DNA of 64,000 nt. It comes from a virus. Lineage: Duplodnaviria; Caudoviricetes. The position numbers were made by a program, and so were the translations under genes. The stretch's first letter is position 1, and each line of letters begins with the position of its first letter. The stretch covers positions 25,679 to 89,678 of IMG/VR virus record IMGVR_UViG_2660238492_000006, one strand, 5' to 3'. Of this stretch, positions 19,961-28,861 are shown one piece after another. Under the pieces are notes generated by a model that saw only the letters and a program-made list of their open reading frames with translations, did no database searches and had not been told where the DNA came from.

Positions 19961-19992
19961 AATTTACCTCCTATTTCTAATTATTTATAATA

Positions 19993-20021
19993 TATAGTAT
20001 GTATAAGACTATATAAGTGTT
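19993..20021 (-). promoter_or_regulatory. SigK-type sporulation promoter
   Basis: aACA-N16-CATActaTA, matching the B. subtilis SigK consensus. Confidence 0.55.
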
Positions 20022-20049
20022 ACTATTTTTATATAACTTTATATATTTA

Positions 20050-20600
20050 TTTATAATTTTAAGTGTATTGCTTACGCCTATACATTCATGATCTTAACTT
20101 CATTTTATTGTTTATTTATATGTATATTTGAGAATTACAAGAATTTTAGAATTATTATTGAATTTTGAATTAAGAAACGAATACTGATTAAACCTGTGGA
20201 CACGTTTTAGGGTATAGTTTACCCTAAAAATATAGGATAAACAAAATATTACTGACATAACTGAATTGTATCTTAGTAACATTACCTACCTTGCCCTTCA
20301 AATGTACTTTAATAACTTACTACTTGCCCATAAGCTACGATATTAAGAAATATCTTGTACAAGTTCCTGTCTTGCGACCAAGCGGACCACCCACATACAC
20401 TTTTATTTATCTATCCTGTAGATGTTGGGAGTGTTGTATCTTACCCAACTGACGACATGCTGCATATGGTAGGCAATGCATACACGCCGAGTTAATTAGT
20501 CGGAACTACCCGAGACGTTTATTTAAAGTGTTTCTCCCCTATTCCACCAAACCTGTTCCCTAAAAAAGGTAACAAGAAATTAAGCCTATACACTTCCTTT
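20050..20600 (-). ncRNA. Candidate long structured non-coding RNA / replication origin
   Basis: No ORF of 60 aa or more; visibly GC-richer than the flanks; several hairpins (20205-20229, 20424-20449, 20461-20480, 20487-20503). Confidence 0.55.
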
Positions 20601-20743
20601 TTTAAAAAAATTGTGATAAACTTAATCTATCGGGAATAAGTTTATCTTTTTAAGATAAAGAAAATATATAAGAATAATTAATCTATATTTAATTTTTAAA
20701 TGAAGGTAATTGGTTGTTACCTTCATTTTTATTCTATAAAAAC

Positions 20744-20774
20744 AAAAAAACTTTATCGGTACACACCAATAAAG
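20744..20774 (-). terminator. Attenuator-type terminator in the minus-strand leader
   Basis: ctttattggt-gtgt-accgataaag plus U7 on the minus strand. Confidence 0.75.
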
Positions 20775-20823
20775 TTATAAAAAATCTTATTTACATTTCA
20801 CCTATCATTTGATATAATAAGGT

Positions 20824-20935
20824 CAGAAATAAGTCTTTCAGTTATAGCTTGTTTTGGTAGTTCGTGTACCATTCGAGTTCCTTTTATTAGAATTTCCGTT
20901 CTAATAAAGGTGAAAGGCTTTATTTTTTTGTTTTT
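20824..20935 (+). ncRNA. Candidate antisense RNA of about 110 nt
   Basis: Promoter TTTACA-N17-TATAAT (20790-20818); closing stem 20831-20840/20911-20920; two internal hairpins; 3' U-run. Confidence 0.65.
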
Positions 20936-20948
20936 TTATTATGTTTAC

Positions 20949-21005
20949 ATTATAATTCTTTTTTGTGGATAAGTCTACATTTTTTTATAAACTTATCCAC
21001 AAAAA
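20949..21005 (-). promoter_or_regulatory. SigA promoter overlapped by inverted perfect DnaA boxes
   Basis: TAGACT-N17-TATAAT (20977-20949); TGTGGATAA at 20964-20972 and TTATCCACA at 20993-21001. Confidence 0.75.
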
Positions 21006-21010
21006 GTATT

Positions 21011-21322
21011 TTAGTCTGTAAATTCTAATGTGTCTAAACAATGTTGTATCATCATATTAATTAATTCATTTCTACTATATCCAGTTCTTTTAACTATTTT
21101 ATCTAATTCTTTTTGTACTGCTCCATCTACATAAAGTGGAAATGATTTTCTTACGCTTTTATCCTCTTGTTTTTTCCCAATTTTAAATGCTATAGTATTT
21201 TCATTTAGTTCTTGATTTTCTTCTTTAATATCAATATTAGATATTGATTCTTGATTTTCCTTTTTAATGCTATTTTTTATATTATTTTTAAAATCATTTT
21301 TCATTTTAATATCACCTTTCAA
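21011..21322 (-). CDS. ParA partner, RHH-type centromere-binding protein (type Ib)
   Basis: Flexible N-terminus, then a C-terminal beta-alpha-alpha pattern RKSFPLYVD...GYSRNELIN; downstream of parA. Confidence 0.75.
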   Translation of the reverse strand: MKGDIKMKNDFKNNIKNSIKKENQESISNIDIKEENQELNENTIAFKIGKKQEDKSVRKSFPLYVDGAVQKELDKIVKRTGYSRNELINMMIQHCLDTLEFTD

Positions 21323-21358
21323 TATGTAGTATTAATATTTAAAATTAATATTATATAT

Positions 21359-22111
21359 TTATTTCATTCTTTTTATGATTTCGTAATACAGATCTTTATA
21401 AGGTTCTGCATACTTTTTATTGTAATCTTGTATTGTTATATTTGATGCAACAGCTTCTTTATATTTTACACTATTATTTATAATTGTTTTGAATACATCT
21501 TCTGTAAGTTCTTCTGTTATAACTTCATTTATTTGTTTTGAAAATATAGTCTTTTTATCAAAATTATTTCTTAATATTCCTAATAATTTTATATCTTCAT
21601 TTACACGATTTTCTTTTATTGTCGTAACAAGATTATCAACTAAATTCAATCCTTGAAGTGCTGATGTAGAATTATCTATTACCTCTATGTAATAATTACT
21701 CATACACATAGCATTAGTTGTACATAAACCTAAAAATGGTGAATTGTCTATTATTATTACATCATAATTATTCTTAAATTTTTCAAATTTATTTTTTAAT
21801 ATGGTTTCTCTTGTTATCTTATTATGAAGTTCTGATTCTAAGACAGCACTTTCAATCGTGTTTGGTATTAAATCTATCATTTCATTGTATTGTGCTATAC
21901 AATCCTTAAAATTCACTTTAGAATTAGAATACAAATCATATAAATTATATTCAGCTTCAACATTTAAAATTTGACTTAAATTTGATTGGCTATCATTATC
22001 TATTAATAAAACTTTATGTCCTTGTTTTGCGAATTGTCCTGCTAAATTTACACAAGTAGTAGTCTTACCAACTCCTCCTTTAACATTTATTATTGATATA
22101 ATATCGCACAT
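21359..22111 (-). CDS. parA: ParA/Soj partition ATPase
   Basis: Deviant Walker A KGGVGKTT, LLIDNDSQ, IIIDNSP. Confidence 0.95.
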   Translation of the reverse strand: MCDIISIINVKGGVGKTTTCVNLAGQFAKQGHKVLLIDNDSQSNLSQILNVEAEYNLYDLYSNSKVNFKDCIAQYNEMIDLIPNTIESAVLESELHNKITRETILKNKFEKFKNNYDVIIIDNSPFLGLCTTNAMCMSNYYIEVIDNSTSALQGLNLVDNLVTTIKENRVNEDIKLLGILRNNFDKKTIFSKQINEVITEELTEDVFKTIINNSVKYKEAVASNITIQDYNKKYAEPYKDLYYEIIKRMK

Positions 22112-22191
22112 TAATATTTCACCTCTTTATATAATATTAATTTATAATATCATTATATCATACTAATATATAATGTAAATACTAAATATTA

Positions 22192-22341
22192 TTATACCCC
22201 ATATAATTTAAAAAACTCCATAACTCTTAGATCTAATTGTTCCTTAATACATTCATTTTTTTTTAGCAACTCTCGCTGTGCTTTATTTATTCTAATACTG
22301 TATACATAATCTTTTTTTTCTTTCTTTTTATTATATTCCAT
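22192..22341 (-). CDS. 49-aa RHH-like protein (not in the ORF track)
   Basis: MEYNKKKEKKDYVYSIRINKAQRELLKKNE...; GAGGTGG RBS. Confidence 0.55.
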   Translation of the reverse strand: MEYNKKKEKKDYVYSIRINKAQRELLKKNECIKEQLDLRVMEFFKLYGV

Positions 22342-22475
22342 ATTTTACCACCTCTAAAACAATTATAACATAATTTTTAACGTATACAAGTGTTTACTTA
22401 TGTCTACTAGCGTATACTTTTAAAAAATAGCAAAAAATAAAGCAATAAGAGAAAATCTTATTGCTTTATTTTCTA

Positions 22476-23171
22476 TTAATTTCTTGTATTGCCTGTAGTT
22501 GCATTTACATAACAACTATCTACTTTTTGACCATTCATATTATAGAATTCAAAATAATATTCACTAGTGCTCTTATTTAATACTTCATCACTTTTTATAT
22601 TAAATTTATATCCATTTTGATGAGAGTTTGCAAAAAAAGCATCTGCTATTTCTTTACATTGAGAATATGAATATTTAGTTATAAGTTCATTAGTATATAT
22701 ATCTGTATAAATTCCTTGATTTAATTTTAAAGCTTTCCCAGTTTCAGGACTATAATAATATTCATTAGGTGAATCTATACTACTACCAACAAATATATAT
22801 ATTATTTTCCCGTTTATTGTAGTTGATTCAAAATACTTTATTTCTTCATTCACATACTTATTTATGCTAACTTTTGCTGTTGCTAATTCTCCTGGATATT
22901 GAGTAGTTGTTTTTGAATTATCCCACGATCCATTACCATTCATATAATACCATTTATTAGAATCATATACCCAACCTGTTTTCATTTGACCATAAGAATC
23001 AAAATAATACCAAATATTATTAATAATTTTCCATCCAGTTACTTTATTAATCCCTTCAGTATAGCTCCATTTATCTTCTAATTGTCTCCATTCTGCATTA
23101 ACCCCTACTGGAATAGCTACTAATGATGTTATTATCATTAAACTAGCAATTAAACTTTTTATTTTTTTCAT
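22476..23171 (-). CDS. Secreted cell-wall-binding-repeat protein (accessory)
   Basis: Signal peptide followed by TGW...WYY repeats. Confidence 0.85.
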   Translation of the reverse strand: MKKIKSLIASLMIITSLVAIPVGVNAEWRQLEDKWSYTEGINKVTGWKIINNIWYYFDSYGQMKTGWVYDSNKWYYMNGNGSWDNSKTTTQYPGELATAKVSINKYVNEEIKYFESTTINGKIIYIFVGSSIDSPNEYYYSPETGKALKLNQGIYTDIYTNELITKYSYSQCKEIADAFFANSHQNGYKFNIKSDEVLNKSTSEYYFEFYNMNGQKVDSCYVNATTGNTRN

Positions 23172-23404
23172 AATTACCCCTCCTATATTTTTATTGTATA
23201 ATACATGAAAATATTGTCAATGATAAGCCACTAATCTTTTATATTCATTTTTTATGTATAATATAAACATATTCTATTTATATAAAAAATATTTACTAAA
23301 AAGAAAGGGCAGTATGTAGACTGATTTCTACATACTGCCCTTAAAGTTTTCTAATTTTATGCATGTAATTTAACCACACATATTATATCATAAATATTTA
23401 ATTT

Positions 23405-24187
23405 TTATATATTTCCAGCATAATCTCCATCTAAAAACATAGCTGCTTCTTTAGTTCGTCTGCTATATAAACCTTCTATCCTTCTTCCACCACCATTACT
23501 CCAAGCAATAAAATTAGCTGTAATTGTATCTTTATCTATTATTCCATTACATACATTTCTATATAATGTTGAACCTAAAAGTCCTGATGTTCCACAATTG
23601 TATGCAAAGCTTACCAATGCATCAAATTCATGTTGTTTTAAATTTACATTCTTAGACTCTAAATCTTTCTTTATAGGTGGAGCATACTTCTTATTAATCC
23701 ATTCCTTTAGCATAGATGTTGCCTGTCCTTCTGTTACATATTCCAATCCTTCTATTTCTTTCCCTGTCATTCCATAGCCAAGAGTTTTAACTCCTACGCA
23801 ATCGTAGTAAGGTTTGGAGAAATAGCCTTCCCAACTCTTAATAAACTCTATACATTTAGCACTTACTAAACTATCTTCTATCCATGCACCTGTGGAATCA
23901 AAGTTATATTCTTTACCATCTATAAGAGCTGTACGATTTCCATACATTTCTCCTTTATAGCCTGTACTGTTAGGCTCTAAGTAATACCACTTATCTTTAT
24001 CTTTTAACCACCCTGTTTTCATAGCTCCATTAGAGTCTAAGTAATACCATCTACCATCTTTATCTTTCATCCATCCTGTTTGCATTACACCTTCATCATT
24101 TAAATAGTACCAAGTTCCATTACCTTCATACCATCCTTTTATAACTTTTCCATCTGAATCCTCAACACACCATTTCCAATTAGACAT
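23405..24187 (-). CDS. Endolysin: cell-wall-binding repeats plus GH24 lysozyme
   Basis: WYYL..G.M.TGW repeats; catalytic E-G..D..G..T.GYG; FDALVSFAYNCG; RRTKEA. Confidence 0.93.
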   Translation of the reverse strand: MSNWKWCVEDSDGKVIKGWYEGNGTWYYLNDEGVMQTGWMKDKDGRWYYLDSNGAMKTGWLKDKDKWYYLEPNSTGYKGEMYGNRTALIDGKEYNFDSTGAWIEDSLVSAKCIEFIKSWEGYFSKPYYDCVGVKTLGYGMTGKEIEGLEYVTEGQATSMLKEWINKKYAPPIKKDLESKNVNLKQHEFDALVSFAYNCGTSGLLGSTLYRNVCNGIIDKDTITANFIAWSNGGGRRIEGLYSRRTKEAAMFLDGDYAGNI

Positions 24188-24223
24188 TTTACATTCCTCC
24201 TTCTCTTAAAAAAGCAATCTAAG

Positions 24224-24646
24224 TTATAGATTGCTTTTTACACCTTTCTTTTCTCCATCTTTAAGTTGTGCTAGTGCATCTAATAATTTTTCTGGAACTG
24301 GTGCACCAAGTGCTGCACAATTTTCTATTAAACTTAATCCCTCATTTGCTATATAAAAATAAGCAACGGTAGTTCTAAAAATCCACTCTCCAGTATTCAT
24401 AAGTCTATCTAAACATACAGCCACAATAAGAACTATAAGTATAACTGCTTTTCTTGCGATACCACGCAATCCTATATCACTAGACAATTCTTTATTTACA
24501 TACCCTCTTAGCACTCCTGTTCCATAATCAAGTAGCATAAATATTATTAAAATAATTAATGCCATATCCCATGCTCCAAACAACCAAGTAAATCCTGTTC
24601 CTATTATTGCCACTAGATAACGTAATACATTTAAAATTTTTTCCAT
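24224..24646 (-). CDS. Holin (phage holin family 4 / toxin-secretion type)
   Basis: DYGTGV, SSDIG.RG..RK and NEGLS.IEN motifs; adjacent to the endolysin. Confidence 0.92.
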   Translation of the reverse strand: MEKILNVLRYLVAIIGTGFTWLFGAWDMALIILIIFMLLDYGTGVLRGYVNKELSSDIGLRGIARKAVILIVLIVAVCLDRLMNTGEWIFRTTVAYFYIANEGLSLIENCAALGAPVPEKLLDALAQLKDGEKKGVKSNL

Positions 24647-24745
24647 TATTAATCCTTCTCTCTATAAAATTAAGCAATAAAAAAACACCTTAATGGTGCT
24701 AATCTATTGCCTGATATTTAATTTATTCTATATTCCTATTGCGAA

Positions 24746-24940
24746 CTAAATTACAGGTGTAATTAATACTGTAAATTCTGAATATTGCTCTGTAGTAATC
24801 TTATTTCCTGCAAGGAAAATATCCATAGTTTCTTGAATACTCTTAAACTCCTTAACTTCATTTTTAAACTCTGCATTAATTCTGTTCTTTAAAATTCTTC
24901 CTAATAATTCTTGCATTTTTGTCATTTTACATTCCTCCAT
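24746..24940 (-). CDS. XkdX-like small tail-associated protein
   Basis: NKITTEQYSE motif; position after the fibre genes. Confidence 0.65.
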   Translation of the reverse strand: MEECKMTKMQELLGRILKNRINAEFKNEVKEFKSIQETMDIFLAGNKITTEQYSEFTVLITPVI

Positions 24941-25238
24941 TTTCTACAACTTTATTTTTTTCTGTTTCTAAAATAGTTTTTTCTACATTAGTAACAGTAG
25001 TTTCATCTGTATTATCTAAGTATGTTTTTATATCATCTACTCTTGTATTTTTATCTCTTACAATTACTTTACTGTTTTCTGTATCTACAGAAACTACTTC
25101 TTTACCGTTCTCTATATCTGCAACTAAACAATTATAATTATCTTCTATACTAGTTCCAGACGTAGAAAAAATAATTTTTCCCAAAGAATTATATATTACT
25201 AAAGTTTTCATTTTTTCTATTCCTCCTACTCTCCCCAC
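24927..25238 (-). CDS. Tail-fibre assembly/chaperone-like protein
   Basis: KTLVIYNSLGKI N-terminus; follows the fibre gene. Confidence 0.65.
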   Translation of the reverse strand: MGRVGGIEKMKTLVIYNSLGKIIFSTSGTSIEDNYNCLVADIENGKEVVSVDTENSKVIVRDKNTRVDDIKTYLDNTDETTVTNVEKTILETEKNKVVENGGM

Positions 25239-26353
25239 GCATTAAATGGAAAATTTCCTGTACTTACACTGCTTGATATTGATAGAATCTTTTTTGTAGA
25301 ATCATAATATATTCCACTTACAGAATTTGAAGATTGAAAAGGATAAAAGCTTCCTCCTACTTTTGTTATACATACATATGGATATTGTGAATATGATGAA
25401 TTAGGTTGATCTACTGTTATTGATCCAGCATTAAAATTTAGAAATATTTCATCTCTAGTACCATTAGTATGATTTATAACTCCTTCCAAGAAATTTTTTC
25501 CACCCATACCTTGAATACTTATATTAGCTATTTTAGAAACTAAACTAGCCAAAGCTTCGTTTCCACTAGCACTTACACCTTTGCTATTAAGATTACTAGC
25601 TGTTGTATTCTTATCTGTTTGTATTCTATTGGCTATCTCTGCATGTGTATTACTTCCTGTAACATTTCCAACCTTGCCAGCAATAGCATTCTTACCATTA
25701 CTGGCAAATGTAAAAAGTTCCTGCATTCCAGCCTGTACATTCTTTGCAGACATACCATTAATTGTAGCAAGATTAACCTTACTTGCACTCAAGTCTATAT
25801 TAGCTACTGTATTTTTTAAATCCTCTAACTCTGTCTTACTTGCCTTATTGTTCGCAATATCTTTCAATTGGGCGGTTATATCTGTTCTTAATTGTTCTAC
25901 TTCACCTTTTTTAGCAAAGATAATAGTTGGATCTACTTTAAGTTCTACTGTATCTGTATTGACTACACATAAAATTAAATCTAGTAATAATTCTTTAGTA
26001 GAACCATCTGCTATTACAGGCTTATAGGTTTCAGCACATTTACAAATTCCTATAAGATTATTTTCATCATCAAAAGCACCATATTCTCTTATAGTAAATC
26101 CTCCAACTGTACTTGGAATCATAACTTCTATGTGAATCCAGTTTGGATTTTTTTCATCAACTGTAACATGATTTATATTTCCTTCCCAAACAACATTTTT
26201 TAAATCTGTTTGGCCTTCTGTTGGCTCGTAATATGCTCCTCCTCCATCTCCTATCTTCATTTTTGCAAAGTTTATTTTAGTACCTAAACCTATAGAATTA
26301 GCAACTTTAGCTTTTCCTATATTGGTTAATATGCTATAAAATTTTTCTGCCAC
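25226..26353 (-). CDS. Tail fibre protein (DUF3751/P2 gpH-type N-terminus)
   Basis: FYSILTNIGKAK..GDGGG..GGFTIREYG..ETYKP. Confidence 0.92.
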   Translation of the reverse strand: MAEKFYSILTNIGKAKVANSIGLGTKINFAKMKIGDGGGAYYEPTEGQTDLKNVVWEGNINHVTVDEKNPNWIHIEVMIPSTVGGFTIREYGAFDDENNLIGICKCAETYKPVIADGSTKELLLDLILCVVNTDTVELKVDPTIIFAKKGEVEQLRTDITAQLKDIANNKASKTELEDLKNTVANIDLSASKVNLATINGMSAKNVQAGMQELFTFASNGKNAIAGKVGNVTGSNTHAEIANRIQTDKNTTASNLNSKGVSASGNEALASLVSKIANISIQGMGGKNFLEGVINHTNGTRDEIFLNFNAGSITVDQPNSSYSQYPYVCITKVGGSFYPFQSSNSVSGIYYDSTKKILSISSSVSTGNFPFNAWGE

Positions 26354-26970
26354 TATAATCCCTCCTCTACTGGATATGTTCTAATGTTTTCGAAACTTTT
26401 AGGTTGCATAAGTGGAATTTTAACATCTACCTTATTAATTAAATCGTTAGGAGTCCATGGAAATGTTTTTATTGTTTCTCCTTGAAGTCCAAACATTACT
26501 ACTCTAAAATCTGTTTCTGTAATTGCTCTTAAAATGTAATTAACACCCAAGTGTGACGGTTTTACTTCTCTTATAGAATCATATAAAGTATCAAAGCCGC
26601 TTGGAAATCCACTATGACTAAGTAAATCTATTTCAAAATAATACTCTGGATTATGTTCTATAACCTCAACATCTTCAACAAAGCTTTTACATATATTCTT
26701 AATCGCTTCTATGGTAGTTGTTCCTTGACCTTTTAATTTTGCTAAAATCCTACTTCTTCTAATGGCATAACTATAATTTATATTATTCTGTATTCCTAAT
26801 TCCTTTTCCCAAGTATCTAATCCCCAAGTTGCAGTTTCAATAAAACATTGATTAATTAAATTTTGTATATCTTCATTAGTAGAATCTACTTGCTTTTGCT
26901 GTTCTTCATAGACTTTAGATAAAATCTTATCACCACTCAAAAAAGATGGTACATAATCTTTAAGTTGCAT
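26353..26970 (-). CDS. Baseplate protein (XkdU/DUF2313)
   Basis: TATWGLDTWE and KPSHL motifs. Confidence 0.88.
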   Translation of the reverse strand: MQLKDYVPSFLSGDKILSKVYEEQQKQVDSTNEDIQNLINQCFIETATWGLDTWEKELGIQNNINYSYAIRRSRILAKLKGQGTTTIEAIKNICKSFVEDVEVIEHNPEYYFEIDLLSHSGFPSGFDTLYDSIREVKPSHLGVNYILRAITETDFRVVMFGLQGETIKTFPWTPNDLINKVDVKIPLMQPKSFENIRTYPVEEGL

Positions 26971-28030
26971 TACATACCACCTCTCCTAAAACAGCTATTT
27001 GATTGTCATTTACAGTTACATTAGTAGCGCTACTATTAATGGTTAAATTATTATAATCTTCAACACCATCTGAACTAAGTATTAAAGCTCCTATTTTAGC
27101 AATACTTATATAATTAATATTTAAAGCTACTTTCTTTAAATACTCTTCTATAGAACTTTTTATATTTTCCTTAATCTTATCTAATGTAATTTCTTTAGAA
27201 TTATAAATTAAACTTACAGATATATTTAAAAGTAATTCTTCTACAGAAACTACAGTTACAGTTGCTCCTATAGGTCTATTTTCTTCAATATGCTTTGCTA
27301 CCTTATCTATCAGCTCTTTACTGGCAGCTCTTTTATTACTATTTGAAATAACACATTTTACAGTACCATTACCATTCCAAAGTGGATATACTTTTGCACT
27401 TCCGCACCCCTCTGTTTCTAAACACCATTGTTTATAGTGGTAGTCATTCCCGCTAGTGGCTGGAGTCTGTACCTTTAGTAAATATCTATTATATAAATCT
27501 TCATCACTCTCAATGTCATAACCATTAGTTACAGCTTCTTTATTGGTAATACTAGTTATCCCATTATATTTTATTGGCAAATAATTTATTTCATTAACTT
27601 TTGCATTGTATTTGCTACCAGGCTTTTCTGCTCTTATAATAACTTCTCCATATCCATCTTGATCTAATACTAAATCATTTTGAGTTATATATAATCTGTT
27701 ATCTTTAATTCCTGCAATACTATTTGCCTTTAAATTTGCATTTGGAGAACCATTTACATCAATTTTAGTACTGGCATAAGTTGGTTGCTTTCTTTCTATT
27801 CCAACTTCTTTTATTCTCATTTCTAGATAATTAGAATATCCACTTTCTAAAGCAGAACTAGCAAATACTTTTTTTGTAGCTTCATCTAAATCTAATAAAG
27901 CAGTTGATAATTTAATACATACTGGCATACAAGAGTTATAAATCAAACTTCCTTCATTTGTGTCAGTTTCTGTATATCCTAAGAACATTTCTTCATATAT
28001 ATCCTCAGCGCTTCTATAATAAGCCATCAA
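26960..28030 (-). CDS. Baseplate J-like protein (XkdT)
   Basis: GYDIESDEDL, SGNDYHY, WNGNGTV, RPIGATV. Confidence 0.93.
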   Translation of the reverse strand: MMAYYRSAEDIYEEMFLGYTETDTNEGSLIYNSCMPVCIKLSTALLDLDEATKKVFASSALESGYSNYLEMRIKEVGIERKQPTYASTKIDVNGSPNANLKANSIAGIKDNRLYITQNDLVLDQDGYGEVIIRAEKPGSKYNAKVNEINYLPIKYNGITSITNKEAVTNGYDIESDEDLYNRYLLKVQTPATSGNDYHYKQWCLETEGCGSAKVYPLWNGNGTVKCVISNSNKRAASKELIDKVAKHIEENRPIGATVTVVSVEELLLNISVSLIYNSKEITLDKIKENIKSSIEEYLKKVALNINYISIAKIGALILSSDGVEDYNNLTINSSATNVTVNDNQIAVLGEVVCNAT

Positions 28031-28038
28031 ATCGCCTC

Positions 28039-28521
28039 CTAATCTATATCTACATAAAAGCTATCATCTTTATTTCCATAGATACTTTCTATAGTATAAT
28101 TTATCTTATAACAGCTTTTTTCCAATTCAGTTGAAAAATTATTTATTCCAGTTACATAAATTCCATCCACTAAACAATCATGAAGCATTTGATATGCATA
28201 AATATCACCATTACTTTTACTTTTTCCTATAAGTTTATGAAGTTGACTTCCAAAATTCTTACTATAAATTAAGTAACCGTCTCCTGTAAAAGGATCTAAT
28301 TTCTTGGTGTATATCGTTCTCCATGCCTGTACTATCACTGCATCTAAACCTTCTACGATAATTGCTTTTTTATTTTCATCAAGTAATATTTCTCCTGTAT
28401 CAAGATTTATTGCATAATCCTTTAATAATTTAATTTCTTTTTTCTTTGTTCTATTCATTGCTTTATTACTATAAAAATCTTCCGGGAAAAAACTCATTAT
28501 CCAATCACCCCTAACACACAA
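28039..28521 (-). CDS. Baseplate wedge protein (XkdS/DUF2634)
   Basis: IYSKNFGSQL and SIYG motifs; synteny. Confidence 0.8.
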   Translation of the reverse strand: MCVRGDWIMSFFPEDFYSNKAMNRTKKKEIKLLKDYAINLDTGEILLDENKKAIIVEGLDAVIVQAWRTIYTKKLDPFTGDGYLIYSKNFGSQLHKLIGKSKSNGDIYAYQMLHDCLVDGIYVTGINNFSTELEKSCYKINYTIESIYGNKDDSFYVDID

Positions 28522-28850
28522 TATTTTTGATATGTTTTTCCACTCTCATCATATCCAATTCCATAGCAAGCAACATTTGAACCAAGTTTTAACTTTGAAT
28601 GGTGCTGAATAATTGAAATTGTATGACTATGTTCATTATTTATACTAGTTTTTATATTTACCTCTTCATCCCATGCCAGCAAATAAGGATTTATATATAA
28701 ATTGTTTCTATATAAAGGAAGACCCTCCAGTTCTATAACTAAAGGGTCTAATGAAGTTACTTTTCCAACTTCAAAAGGTTCATCAATCATATTCTTTTTT
28801 TGTTGATTATCTATAACATTCCAAAATTCATCAAATGATGAAGCCATCAT
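28497..28850 (-). CDS. Baseplate spike (XkdR/DUF2577)
   Basis: GKVTSLDPLVI; HSH metal-binding motif. Confidence 0.8.
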   Translation of the reverse strand: MMASSFDEFWNVIDNQQKKNMIDEPFEVGKVTSLDPLVIELEGLPLYRNNLYINPYLLAWDEEVNIKTSINNEHSHTISIIQHHSKLKLGSNVACYGIGYDESGKTYQKYCVLGVIG

Positions 28851-28861
28851 ATCATCCCCTT

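Noticed and set aside
20520-20595. Short GTG-initiated minus-strand ORF as a Rep protein
   Set aside because: About 24 codons, poorly spaced RBS and no Rep motifs
25226-26353. Diversity-generating retroelement or invertible shufflon at the tail fibre
   Set aside because: No reverse transcriptase, no TR/VR pair and no inverted alternative C-termini in the window
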